From contig CAVVST010000005.1 in the NCBI GenBank assembly GCA_963750995.1, forward strand, positions 347,988 to 411,987: 64,000 nucleotides of DNA, in the 5' to 3' direction. This DNA comes from an uncultured Acidobacteriota bacterium. Its GTDB lineage: Bacteria; Acidobacteriota; Vicinamibacteria; Vicinamibacterales; UBA2999. The notes under the pieces are model-generated. The model searched no databases and was not told the DNA's origin. It was given only the letters and a program-made list of their open reading frames with translations. The position numbers and the translations under genes are program-made. Below, piece after piece: positions 38,505 to 50,000 of the stretch (its first letter is position 1; each line of letters opens with the position of its first letter).

Positions 38505-39295
38505 GCTACTGCACCTGTTTCGGCGGAACGATGGACTGACGCTGCAGGGGATCGCTCGAATCACACCACGTCTCCAGTGCATAGCTGTCCTCGGGAAGCC
38601 GCTCGAAGACGTACTGATAGGTGTGGGGGCGAACGTAGAGCACCGGATCGTCCCACGTGTAGGTGATCGTGAGACGCTTGCCGTCGGGCGCAAGTTCGAA
38701 CCGCTCGGTGAGGCGTGTTTCGGGCCGGCGCTTTCCCCCTCCCTGGCACGTTGCCTTCCGACAGTCCGATCGTCTCGACGATCAGGGCGTTTCCCTCATA
38801 ACGACCGGTCGAGTGGCCGTACATGCTCGGCGTGAACCTCGCCAGGTCTGGATGCGGGCGGCCATCCATGTAGAAGCGCCGGCCGCCGGGGCCCTCGCGA
38901 ACCATCAGGACTTCGTCCTTTGACTGCAGGAGGAATATGGCGGTCGAATTCGGGTTGATCGCGCTGCCGCCCGTGCCTTCGGGCGTGCACGCGCCGTTGT
39001 TGACGATGTACGCCTGGCCGGCCTGATTCGCCGGGCCGCTGCCGGCGCCCGCCGGAATCACATTCCGGCCGTCGCCGCGCACCACCATCGCCTGGCCGGC
39101 GGCCGTCAGCGCTGCCGGCGGATGCTTCTGCGCGGTCCCGTCGAAGCTCCCCGACCCGCTGTCGAGCCGAAGCCAGCCGCCGGACATATCGGGGACGACG
39201 GCTGGCGCCGGCTGCTGCCCCGCGGCTGTTCCGCCGGAACCGATGAACGCGGCCAGCAGCAGCACCGCGGCAACCGCGACACGGCAAGCATTCAT
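38505..39295 (-). pseudogene. family-B secreted protein (B6), one frameshift near 38745 as read
   Basis: MNACRVAVAAVLLLAAFIGSGG... RRFYMDGRPHPDLARFTPSMYGHSTGRYEGNALIVETIGL, then the frame changes to ...RLTERFELAPDGKRLTITYTWDDPVLYVRPHTYQYVFERLPEDSYALETWCDSSDPLQRQSIVPPKQVQ*. Confidence 0.7.
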
Positions 39296-39375
39296 GACAT
39301 ATCTCCATACAAGGGCGTGAAACGACGGCGCACGCGGCCGCTGACCGCGAGGCGTCGAATATATATACCGCCACT

Positions 39376-39389
39376 TGTAACCGGTGGCA
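39376..39389. promoter_or_regulatory. predicted LacI-family operator (one mismatch) TGTAACCGGTGGCA
   Basis: About 80 nt upstream of the B6 start, in the divergent region with the propeller gene. Confidence 0.45.
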
Positions 39390-39417
39390 ATCCACGTCAT
39401 GCGCGTTACACTACGCC

Positions 39418-39431
39418 TGCAACCGGTTACA
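39418..39431. promoter_or_regulatory. predicted LacI-family operator TGCAACCGGTTACA
   Basis: About 30 nt upstream of the propeller lipoprotein start at 39462. Confidence 0.55.
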
Positions 39432-39461
39432 GGCAACCTTCAACCGATTGAGGTGCCTCAC

Positions 39462-40654
39462 GTGCGTATCACGTCAACTCTCGCCACGCCTCGATTGCCA
39501 CGGCGCTCGTCACCGGCTGCGGAGATAGTCAGCCGCGCACGGCGGTCCCGGCCGCTGCGCCAACCCTGCAGGGCCCCTACGGCGTGTACGTGACGAATGA
39601 GATCTCCGGCGATCTCAGTGTCATCGACCCGGCGACGAACACCGCCGTCGCCACGCTGCCGCTTGGGAAACGTCCCCGCGGCATCCGGGTGGCGCCAGGT
39701 GGCACCGATCTGTACGTCGCCCTGAGCGGTTCGCCGATCTCTCCGCCGGGAACCGACGAGTCGGAGCTGCCCCCGGCCGATCGCGCGGCCGACGGCATTG
39801 GCATCGTCGACACCAAGGCGCTGACGTTGCGGACGATTCTGCGGGGACCGCAGGATCCTGAGCAGACGTCCGTCAGCCGCGATGGCGCGCGCCTCTACAT
39901 CGCCAACGAAGACAAGGGGACCGCCAGCGTCCTCGAGGTCGCGGGTGGCAAGACGATCGCTGAATTTGACGTCGGCGGCGAGCCCGAGGGTGTCACCACC
40001 AGCCCTGATGGACGCTTCGTCTACGTGACGTCCGAACAGGACAATCAGGTATCAGTCATCGATACGGCCGCCAGCCGGGTTCTCAAGCAGATCGCTGTCG
40101 GGCCACGGCCTCGCGACACCGCGTTCACGCCGGACAGCAGCCGGGCCTACGTCACGTCGGAGAACAGCGCGAGCATCTCGGTGGTCGACACAACGACGCA
40201 CACCGTCGTTCACACGAGATCAAACTCAGTGGGGAGCTCGTGAGACCGATGGGTGCCATCGCATGTCCCCCGATGGAAAGCGTCTTTACGTGTCAACCGG
40301 TCGTGGCGGCACCGTCGTGGCGGTGGACATCGCTACGACACGCAGGTCGGTTCCGTGGCTGTCGGCGCGCGACCCTGGGGGATCGCGCTCAGTCCGGATG
40401 GCGCGCGCCTCTACACCGCTAACGGCCCATCGAACGACGTCTCCGTCGTCGATACCGCGACGATGTCCCTCGTCACCAAGATTCCCGTCGGTCAATCGCC
40501 GTGGGGAGTGGCGGTGTCGAGCGTTAGCCGAAGGAGTGCTCTACTTCGGCGGCTCGAAGAAGGCGGTGCGTTCCGGATCGAATGGATCGCAGCGCTCGTA
40601 CGGCCGCGGCTCGTACTCCTTTTCCGCGCGCCGATAGCGGAACTCGTAGAGTGA
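39462..40654 (+). pseudogene. YVTN-type beta-propeller lipoprotein, at least four frameshifts as read
   Basis: Lipobox LVTGC is reachable only after a shift near 39488. Repeats are YVTNEISGDLSVID, LYVALSG, LYIANEDKGTASV, VYVTSEQDNQVSVID, AYVTSENSASISVVD, LYVSTGRGGTVVAVD and LYTANGPSNDVSVVD. The last ~40 codons overlap the convergent gene and look non-native, so the real stop may be near 40527. Confidence 0.65.
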
Positions 40655-41241
40655 GGGCGTCTGAAACACGGACGGATCCGTCCAGGTGAACCGCACGGAG
40701 AGCAGGGTGCCGCCTTTCAGCAGACGATAGCGTTCGACCAGGTGTGAGTTCGCCGTCCGGAATCCGCCGCCGGGAATTTCGGTAATGCCCCTTGTTCGGA
40801 TCGAAGCCCGTCGTGTCCACCACCAGCGTGTCGCCTTCCCAGTGCGCGATCGAATCGCCGCTGGTCGTCGGGTCGAACGTGTCCTTGTCGATGTGCGTCT
40901 TGCGATTGAGATAGAGGTGGCGCACCGGTGTCACCGGCGACTCCGCGACGATCACGATTTCGCGCGCTCCCTCACGGATATTGAGCGGCCGCCCCACATC
41001 CATCGTCGTCGGCATGCCCACCCAGTTGCACCAGCGGATGGCCTTCGCCGTTTTGCGTGCCTCGGCCTCGAGCATCGCCGGCGTGACACTTGGGTGACAG
41101 GACGCGCGGGGGGGACAAAGCGGCCGTCAACCGACAACTCCCAGTAGCCGCTGATATCGGGCGCAGCGCCACCTGGCGGTGAGCGTCGCGGCCCCCGCGA
41201 GGAGAGCAGCGGCCGACAGCGACCGCCGCGAGCGTCTTCAC
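40541..41241 (-). pseudogene. family-B secreted protein (B7), paralog of B5, several frameshifts
   Basis: Core RHLYLNRKTHIDKDTFDPTTSGDSIAHWEGDTLVVDTTGFDP. Nucleotide alignment to 37801..38503 holds along the whole length (roughly 85 percent by eye) with indels, including a G7 run at 41108..41114. Confidence 0.65.
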
Positions 41242-41242
41242 G

Positions 41243-42028
41243 CTACTGTATCTGCTTCGGCGGGACGATGGACTAATTCTGAAGGGGATCGCTCGAATCA
41301 CACCAGGTCTCGAATGCATAGCTGTCCTCGGGAAGCCGCTCGAAAACGTACTGATAGCTATGGGGGCGAACATAGAGCACCGGATCTGTCCCACGTGTAG
41401 GTGAGCGTGAGACGCTTGCCGTCGGGCTCAAGTCGAACCGCTCGATGAGGCGTGTTTCCGGCCGCCGCCTTCCTCCGCCCTGTACGGGCCCTTCCGTCAG
41501 GCCGACCGTCTCGACGATAAGGCGTTGCCCTCATAGCGACCGGTCGAGTGGCCGTACATGCTCGGCGTGAACCGCGCCAGGTCTGGATGCGGGCGACCAT
41601 CCATATGGAAGCGCCGGCTGCCGGGGCCTTCACGAACCATCAGCACTTCGTCCTTCGACTGCAGGATGAACTGCGCCGTCGAATTCGGTTGATGGAGCTG
41701 CCCCCCGTGCCTTCAGCCGTGCACCCGCCGTTGATCACGATATAGGCTTCACCGGCCTTGTTGGCCGGGCCGGTCCCGGCGCCTGCGGAATGACGTTCCG
41801 GCCGTCGCCCTGGACTCTCATGGCCTGGCCAGCGGCGGTCAGCGCTGCCGGCGGAATCTTCTTCAGTGGTGCCGTCGAAGCTTCCCGAGCCGCTGTCTAC
41901 GCGAAGCCAGCCGCCAGAAAGATCGGGGACGTCCGCTGCCGCAGCTTGCTGCGCCGTCGCTGATCCGCCGGCGCCGATGAAGCGGCCAGCAGCAACACGA
42001 CGGCAACCACGACACGGCGAGGATCCAT
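41243..42028 (-). pseudogene. family-B secreted protein (B8), paralog of B6, many frameshifts
   Basis: MDPRRVVVAVVLLLAA..., DLSGGWLRVDSGSGSFDG, and FHMDGRPHPDLARFTPSMYGHSTGRYEGNA in shifting frames. An in-frame TAG (41273..41275) lies where B6 has CAG. Confidence 0.6.
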
Positions 42029-42067
42029 GACGATTTTCTCCAGGCAAGGGCGCAGACATGGCGATGG

Positions 42068-42489
42068 CTATTGCGCCCCCTCGGCCTTCGGGCGCGCGAT
42101 GTCGCGATACATGCGCGTGCCATCCGGCTTGATCAGGTAGAGAATGTGGATACCCTTGGAGCCGTCCCTCATCGGATTCCCGACCAGCGTAATGGGGTCG
42201 CCGGGCTTCAGCGTGGCGCGCGTCCCATCCCTGGCGCGCCATGATGTTGGTGGATGCGGATTCGACATCCCATCGCCCGACGGTCGCCGGGTCGACCCCA
42301 GGCCCAGGGCTTGATGTCCACGGTGAAGTGCACGTGCGGGTTGCTCCACATGTACTCGACTACGACGCCCTTGTAGGTCAGTTCCTTGTCCATGTCGAAC
42401 ATCGTGAACGCGTGGTGCGCACTGAGCGGACCGCCCGAGCCGGCCATCATCAGCAGCACTGCGGCAAACACGACACGGCGAGCATTCAT
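42068..42489 (-). pseudogene. family-A small secreted protein (A4; DUF6152-like), two frameshifts as read
   Basis: MNARRVVFAAVLLMMAGSGGPLSA|HHAFTMFDMDKELTYKGVVVEYMWSNPHVHFTVDIKP, then shifted ...TRATLKPGDPITLVGNPMRDGSKGIHILYLIKPDGTRMYRDIARPKAEGAQ*. Close paralog of A3. Confidence 0.7.
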
Positions 42490-42544
42490 GACATATCTCC
42501 TCTGGAGGTTGCGGGCGCCGGTTCGCGCGACCCTGTCCGACTGT

Positions 42545-45500
42545 TTAGAACAGTACTTCGCGGCAAACTGCATCTGCCACGGGATGCCGCTCGTGCTCGA
42601 GATGCGGCCGAAATTGGAGTTGCCGAGCGCCGTGTTCGGGGCGGCGAAGTTCGCGGTGTTGATCACGTTGTAGACCTCGTAGCGCAGCTGCAGTCTGTTA
42701 TCGCCACTGAGAGTGATGTCCTTGAACAGCGAGAGGTCGACCCGGCGTTGGGACGGACCCAGCCGACGGTCGGCGGCGCATTGCCGACCGTGAACAGGGG
42801 CTGCGCTTCGAATGCCGCGGTATTGAACCAGCGATCCAGCGTCCGCTCGCTCCCAGGCAGGATCGGATCGCCGACGAGGTTGGGCCGATCGTTGCCATTC
42901 GTCGGTCCCACGTTCGCGCGATCGGTGGAGTTCGTCACGCCCCACGGGCTGCCCGACATCCAGAAGGTCGAGACGTTGACCTGCCAGCCGGCGACCAGGT
43001 TACCCGTGACGCCGCCCAGATCCCGGCCCCAGGGCAGCGCGTAGTTGGCCTGCGCGACCCACTTGTGTGGCCGGTCGCCGGCCAGGTACGTCCACTCCCT
43101 GGTGTCGTCGGTGAACTCGAGCGTCACCGGATCAAGAATGGCCCACGGGAGCGGCTGACTGTTTTTCGACACCGACCGCGTGTAGTGCGTGCTCACCGAC
43201 AGCCCCTCGCGGAACCGGCGCTGCAAAACGAGCTGCAGCGCGTGGTAGGACGACTCGTAGCGCGTCGTGAAGTAGTTGATCGTGGTCAGGCCTGGCAGCG
43301 TCGCGTTGAAAATACGGCGCGGCTGCAGAGCGCCCGGTCCGACCGGTGCCATATCGAGGTTCTGGTTGTTGCCACCCGGCTCGAAGTCGCCGAGACTTCC
43401 GACGTACCCGACCGCCGCGACGTTGCCGGCAAACTCCTTCTCGAGGTTCACGTTGAACTGCTGGTACCGCGTCGACCTCGCATTCACGTCGACCGCCCGG
43501 AACGAGCCATCCAGCGCACGCGGCGAGGGCACCGTCGACGGCAGGTCGACGGGGCAGCCCGTTGCGAAGCAGCAGATCCGGAATGCCGCCGAGGTTGTTG
43601 CCCAGGCTCGTTGGTGCGTAGGCGACAGCCAGCGGGAAGTTCTTCATGGTTGCGAACGAGCTGCGGTTCGCCGGGATGAAGGACCACCCGTAGCCGCCGC
43701 GAACGACAATCTGGTGCGGCAACGTGGCCGCCAGGCCGAAGCGCGGCTGGATGTTCGTGTAGTCGGTCTTCACGCCGGCGGTTCTCGAGGCGCCGTCCCG
43801 GCCGGCCACGTAGAGCGTCCCCTCGACGGATCGAGGTTGGAGAGCAGATCGTTTTCCTCGGTAAACGGCGTCGCCACGTCATAGCGGAGGCCGAGGTTGA
43901 TGGTCAACCGGTCGGTCGCGCGCCAGTCGTCCTGGACGAAGGCGTAGGGTTCGTTGCTGTGGTAGAAGGGCGTGAACGGCGCGTGGTTTCGCGTGATGGT
44001 GGTCGGCACACCCAGAAGCAAGGACGCGACCGAATGGCCACCCGTGCCCGTGGCGCTGCGCGTCAGGTTCGCGTTGAACGCGAAGATGCCGTTCGGCGAG
44101 GAACTCTGGGCGTTCGTGACCTCGCGCAAGATGACGCCGCCGCCGACCTTGAAGCTATGCGCCCCCGCGGTCTTCGTGAGCACGCCGTTAAACTGCTTCG
44201 TGGCGTTCTTGATGGAGTTCGGGAGGTTCTGCGAGTCGCCCAGCACGGCGAAGCCGGTCATGTTCATGAGTGCCAGCCCGGTCGCGATGTCGTCGACGTT
44301 GACCCCTGGCAGGCCGAACGACGCACTGAGGTTCGGCTGGTCGACGTTCGCCGCGAAGGACTCGAGGGCGAGGTTCATCAGGCCGCCCTTGAACTCGGCG
44401 ACGAGCGTGGGGCTGAACATCCGCACGTAGTTGGCCTGATAGCCGGACGCGGTGGTGCGGTGTGGCCCCACGGCGTTATTCGTGCCGGCGGTGCAGCCAG
44501 GGCTGATCCCGGTGGCCGGATCCACCGGGCACCCGGCTGGATTGTAGTTGTCGAGATCGTTGTACCGACCAGCGGCCCCAGATCGTGTTGCTTGCGTCGA
44601 TCCGGTGGTCGAGGCGGACGTCCGCCGTATTGGTGCGGTGAATGCCCTCCGTCGTGCTCTGGTAGTTGTTGGCCAGCCCGCTCGTGGTCGGAGCCGGGTA
44701 GAGGGCCAGATAGCGCGCGGCGATCGGGTCGATCCGGTTGGCCGGGATCTGGTTGTTCGGGAACGCCACGCGCGGCGAGGTGAACGGGTCGAAGATCTGC
44801 CCGCTGACCTCCGAGAAGTCGCCCTGCCGCATCTTCAGCGTCGGAATCGTCAGGTTGTTGACCTGGCCACTGGTCGAGTTGAGCCGTTCGTAGTCGGCGA
44901 AGAAGAACGTGCGGTTCGCGACGACGGGACCGCCGATGCTGCCGCCGAATTGGTGCTGGTCCAGCATCGGATCGATGGTCGCAAAGTAGTCGCGCTCGTC
45001 GAAACGATCGTTCCGGAAGAATTCGTACGCCGAGCCATGGAAGCGTTCGTGCCCGACTTGGTGAGGATGTTGATGACACCGCCCCCGGTGCGGCCGGATT
45101 CGGCCGAATACAGGTTGGTCTGCGACCCGGATTTCCTGAATGGCGTCCATCGACGGCTTGACGCCGATCGTGCCGATGTAACGCTCGTTGTTGTCCATGC
45201 CGTCGATCAGGTGGTTGTTCCCGGTGCCGTCGCCGCCGTTGATCGACACGGACGAGGTCTGCCGGCGATCGTTGTTATTTCCCCTGGAGCCCCGTTCGTC
45301 GGCGTCGCCCCTGGCACCATCGACACCAGGTTGACGAAGTTGCGGCCGGAGATCGGCAGGTCCTGGACCGCTTTTTCGGTGACCAGCGATCTAGCGTCGA
45401 GGCATCCGTCTGGAGGAGCGGGGCCTCCGCCGTCACCTCCACCGTCTCGGTGACAGTGCCGACGTTCAACTTCCCATCGACGCGAAGGCGGTCGCCGCTC

Positions 45501-45790
45501 GTCAGGACCGCGCGCGAGCTGTAAGCCGAAAAACCCTGGAGCTCGATCTTCACCGTATAGGTGCCGATCGGCAGGAGCGTAAACACATAGTCGCCGGTGT
45601 CTGACGCCACGGCGGTGCGAACATCCCTGGTGCCAATGTTTTCGACCGTGACGGTCGCGCCGGGCAGGACCCCACCGGTGTTATCCGTCACGCGACCGAC
45701 GATGTCGGCCGTCTGTGCGGATGCGAGGGACGGAAGAGCAAGCGATGCGACCACGAGAAACGTGGCGACGAACCACTTAGCGGGATGCAT
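42545..45790 (-). pseudogene. TonB-dependent receptor TBDR2 (paralog of TBDR1), at least six frameshifts as read
   Basis: N-terminus MHPAKWFVATFLVVASLALPSLASAQTADIVGRVTDNTGGVLPGATVTVENIG. Identical 28-nt leader to TBDR1. The C-terminal ...MQFAAK(LLF*) is lost by a 1-nt deletion, which makes the track ORF read through into A4. Confidence 0.75.
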
Positions 45791-45936
45791 TTCCTTGGAT
45801 TCCTCTCTCTGACGAAGCAGGTGCTCGAGCTCTTACCTGGCGTTCAAAACTAAAACAAATGGCCGCGTCGATTTAGCGATGACTCTCCGAAGCAGTGCCA
45901 TGGCCTTCTGCCCCTCTGCTAAGCCAGAGATTATGG

Positions 45937-46922
45937 CTAGGCCTGGAGCGCTTCCCGGCAATACTGGACGGTCTTCGCCAACTCAGTCATCAGATCGGAC
46001 GCCGCTGGAACGGGATACTCAAACTCGATCGTCGCCTGGATATTCCACTTGTTGTCGCGGATGAGTTGGAGGACTTCTTTAATCGGCGTGTCGCCCTGAC
46101 CGAAGGGCATGTTCGGCCCTTCGTGCATCTTGCGATCCTTGATATGCAGATGGGTAATCCGGTCGTGGTGCTGCGTAATGAGCGGAACCGGCGAGATATT
46201 CTGGCCGGCAACGAAATGGCCGATGTCGACGTTCGCGCCGATGTACTTCCCGTAAGTAAACAGCTGCCCGTAGAGGGCTGGCGACACTTCTGCGTGACCA
46301 TGGAACCCCACGAGCATTCTGGCCTTCTCCGCAAACGGCGCAATGCGTTTCGCTTCGTTAACGGCATACTCGCAGGAGATCGCCCGGGCACCCAGCGTGC
46401 GGGCGAGCGTGAACGCATACTCGAATTCCTCCAGTGAGTACGTTGGCACGTCGTCGAATTTGACGATCTCGATCATGACACCCGCATCTTCGTACACTTG
46501 CTAATCGCTCGAGCGCCTTCCATGGAAGCCGCCAACCGCCACGCGCGAAGCTGGGCCAGGCGCGCCTTTGCCGCCGCTTGCTGCTCCGCGGTCGGTGGAG
46601 GCGGCGGCGCCGCCCCGGCGCCGCGGCCGAGTCCTCCGCCAACCTGTCCGGCCGCGGGTTGCAGGTGCAGAGGCAGTCCAAGAGTCGCCTCGACCGGACG
46701 TGCGCGCAACTCAAGCGCGCTGAGACCCAGCTTGAGGGAGCGGTCGAGAATGGCCTCGGTCGTGGTGGCGGTATTCTTGAAGTTGTAGGGTACGTTCATG
46801 CCGATCTTCACGCCGGAAACGATCGACCCCTCGGCCGCGGCGGCGACCGCGGACCGCGATGTGAGCGCGGCCGCCGAAGCCGACAGCGCCAGCTTTCCAA
46901 GTTCACGTCTCGTGTACATCAT
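45937..46922 (-). CDS. Tat-exported xylose-isomerase-like TIM-barrel protein T2 (one apparent frameshift near 46500)
   Basis: MMYTRRELGKLALSASAAAL (twin-Arg). Two ORFs (46473..46922, 45937..46497) align end to end with the intact paralog at 55558..56493. Confidence 0.75.
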
Positions 46923-47050
46923 GGCGGCCTCCTCGCGCCGCGGTGTTGTCCCATTCCCGACGCACGTCTGTCAACACCGCGGCAATCTCGTCGTTGCTCA
47001 TCACCATCCGGACCGAGTGCATCAACCCGGCCGGACCCTCCATCCCGAAA

Positions 47051-50000
47051 CTAGAACCCGAAGCGCAGCTGCAGCTGCACCGAGCGCGGCGTCTGATACA
47101 GATTCGCCACGCCAAACCCGGCGCCATTGGGCCGTGCCCTGGCGTCAATGACGTTACCAGCGGCATCGAACGGAAGGTTCGTCGCATTGACCGGATCACT
47201 TGGACTGGAAAGGTTCATCGTCGTGTTGCGACCTGTCACGCGAGCTTCGTTGAACAGATTGAAGACGTCGAAGCGGACCTGGACGTTTTTGGCGCCCCCG
47301 ACACGGATCATCCGCGACAGCGACATATCGACAGCGCTCTGAAAGCAGCCCTTCAAGTAGCCGGTGCCGGATTCCAGACCGTCGCTGCCAGCCAGAGGAC
47401 CGGCAAAGGCTGCGGTGTTGAACTGACGTAACGGATCGTCGCTGCAGCCCGAGCCTGGATCGCCGAGGATGCGGATGCGCGCCGCGTAGTCAGGCGAACC
47501 AGTGAGGTTGATCGCCGCACCGCCAGCCGCGTAGGTGAAGCCCGCGACGTAGTCTTGTCCGGTCTGTGCCGTCCACACACCGGCGAGCTTCCAGTCGTTG
47601 AGCACCAGACCCAGTGCGCGCGTGGTCCTGACGTTGCCGCTCAGGCGCGGAAGATCCCACACGAAGTTGCCCTTGATGATGTGCGTGACCGGCCGCTGAT
47701 CGAGCAACAGGTCGTCGGAGCGTCCCTGGTCTTCGCGGAGGACGTAGGTGCCGTCGGGATTGTGGTTGTACCGGAACGGGGCTTTATACGTGCAGTTGCT
47801 CGCGCTCACGCCGGCCTCGCAGCGTCCTTTGTCGGAGAGGCTGATGGTGTCGTTGAAGCCGAACTGCAACCCGCGGCTGAATCGCCGGTTGATGGAAAGC
47901 TGAAGCGCATGATACGTGCGCCAGCCCTGGTATGGGTCATGTTCACGCCGTTGTAGCCGCGGAAGGGTGACAGCAGCTGCGGCACGATCGCGCTGGCGCC
48001 CGCCACGGTGCTCGCCGCCACCGTCGGGTCCTGGTTTTCCGGGCGAACGCGGCGCCGATGTCGACGGCGCCGATGTTGGTGTTGATCACCTCGTTCCAGC
48101 CGTGATGACCTACGTAGGCGAGGTCGATCGCCGTCGAGAACGGGAGCATGACCTGCACACCGGTGTTCCACTGCGCGTCTGTTGGATATCCCGCGTCGTA
48201 TTGCTTCGCGACAAGGGAAGGACCCGCGACCGGCAGGTTCGACAATCCTTCTGGCCCAATGCTCTGCAGGGTCGACGCGCGCACCGTCACGTCCAGTGTG
48301 GCCGGAGGATTCGCGACCAGGTTTTGCTCGAAGCCGCGGCCGTAGAACAGGCCGAATCCGCCTCTGACAACCAATGACTGCCTGCCGCTGACGTCGTACG
48401 CCAGACCGAAGCGCGGCCCGACGCGGAGGGCCGGCCAGTCTAGGCCGCGCGTGTTGATGCCGTCACCAGGCGCGACGAGACCGTTGAGGCGATTGCCGGT
48501 GCCGGGAACGCCGGCGCCGATGTTGACCGCGGAGCCAGGTCCCAGGAACACGCTAGCAGATCCATCGCCTGACGGTTGTTGCCGGTGCACGGCGCGACGC
48601 CGTTGGCGCATCCGGCCACATACAGCCGCGGCGCGCTTGCCAGCAGCCACTCCTCCGGAGGAACGCCCACCCCTGCTCGAGGTCGTCGGCCTGCGCCTGC
48701 TGATGCACGAACCGCATCCCGTAGTCGAGCGTCAGGCGATCACTCATGCGCCAGGTATCCTGGATGTACGCCTCGATGTTCCTGAAGCTGTTCGCGCCTT
48801 CGGCCCAGGCGGACGCCTGCTGATAGGTGCTGAAAATGCCCAGCGCGGCGTTCGAAAAACCGAACGTCGAATCGAGCGGGTTGTTGTTGTCGTTCCCGAA
48901 GTTGATCGCGCCCCGCGCGAGCCCCGGCGTGCCGCCGCTGCCCGATGCCGCCGCCTGGTACTTGACGGCGTGGGCATGGTAGAAGCCGGTCTTGATGCTA
49001 TGGCGGCCGGTGAGCTTCGTGAGGCTCGCGACCAAGTCATCACTGTACGTCAGGGTCAGACCGCCGGTGGCGGAAATGACGTATTGGGTGGGGCGGTGGC
49101 CGCCGCGACACGATTGCCCCACGCGAAGGTCGGCGCAATCAGCACACGCCCGTTCCGGAAGACCGGCGTGTTCAGCATCTGCAACTCGCGCGTCGCGTAG
49201 GACCGGGGATCCAACACCGCCGACTCCGGGAAGAGCAGCGGAAGCGCGCCCAGCCCGGCATTGGCGGGAACCGCGATGTCGTTCACCGCGGTGCCGTTGG
49301 TGCAGATGATCGGCGCCGTGCCCTGTGTCGCCAGCGGACATCCGGTCTGTGGCTGGCGCATCCGGCCATACGTCGCCTCGACGAACGTCGTTGAATTGAT
49401 CGAGTAGTTGGCGGTCGCCGCCCACGTGTCGACCTTCGGTTTCGGCATGATCGAGTCGTTGAAACCCGGCAGCGTACCGAGGACGCTCTTTTCACGCTGC
49501 ATCCACGCGGAGTACTTGAAGCTGCCGCGCAGCGCCTGCGTCACGTTGTAGTCGGTGCGAAAGGCCGGCTGCCACGCCAGATGATTCTGGATCGGCCACG
49601 TGATCTCGTAGTTGTACACCGGCGCTGGGTCAGTTGACGTTCGGCAGCGGATAGAGATTCAGGATGTTCAGACCGGTCTGGTACAGGCGATTGCCCGGGA
49701 TGCGCCCGACGACGCCGCCATCCTCGAAGCCTGACCGCGCGTGTCCGCCGCCGGTCCGGGGAGACCCGTCGAGGCATCGCGAATCAGGCGGTAGACCACG
49801 CCATTCTGATCGATCGACTGCGAGAAGTCGCCGCTGCGCTCGGCCGCGGTCGGGACACGGAAGCGCCTGACGTCGCCGCCGACTTCGCGTGGGGCATATT
49901 CCTGAGCAAGGAAGAAGAAGAGCTTGTTGCTGCCGCCCGGCTTGCCGACCGGCCCTCCAAGCGAGAAGCCCCACTCTCGTTCCCTCAATGTCGCTTTCGG

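Noticed and set aside
37326-38693. 455-aa ORF that looks like a large novel protein upstream of TBDR1.
   Set aside because: It is a chimera. Its C-terminal part is the true N-terminus of TBDR1. The rest is an out-of-frame read through the intergenic region and the B5 gene, and is R/S/P-rich junk.
42208-42945. ORF apparently fusing a TonB-receptor C-terminus to a family-A protein.
   Set aside because: Comparison with TBDR1 (AAKLLF*) shows a 1-nt deletion just before the TBDR2 stop (AAKYCSK...). The read-through into A4 is an indel artefact or lesion, not a designed fusion.
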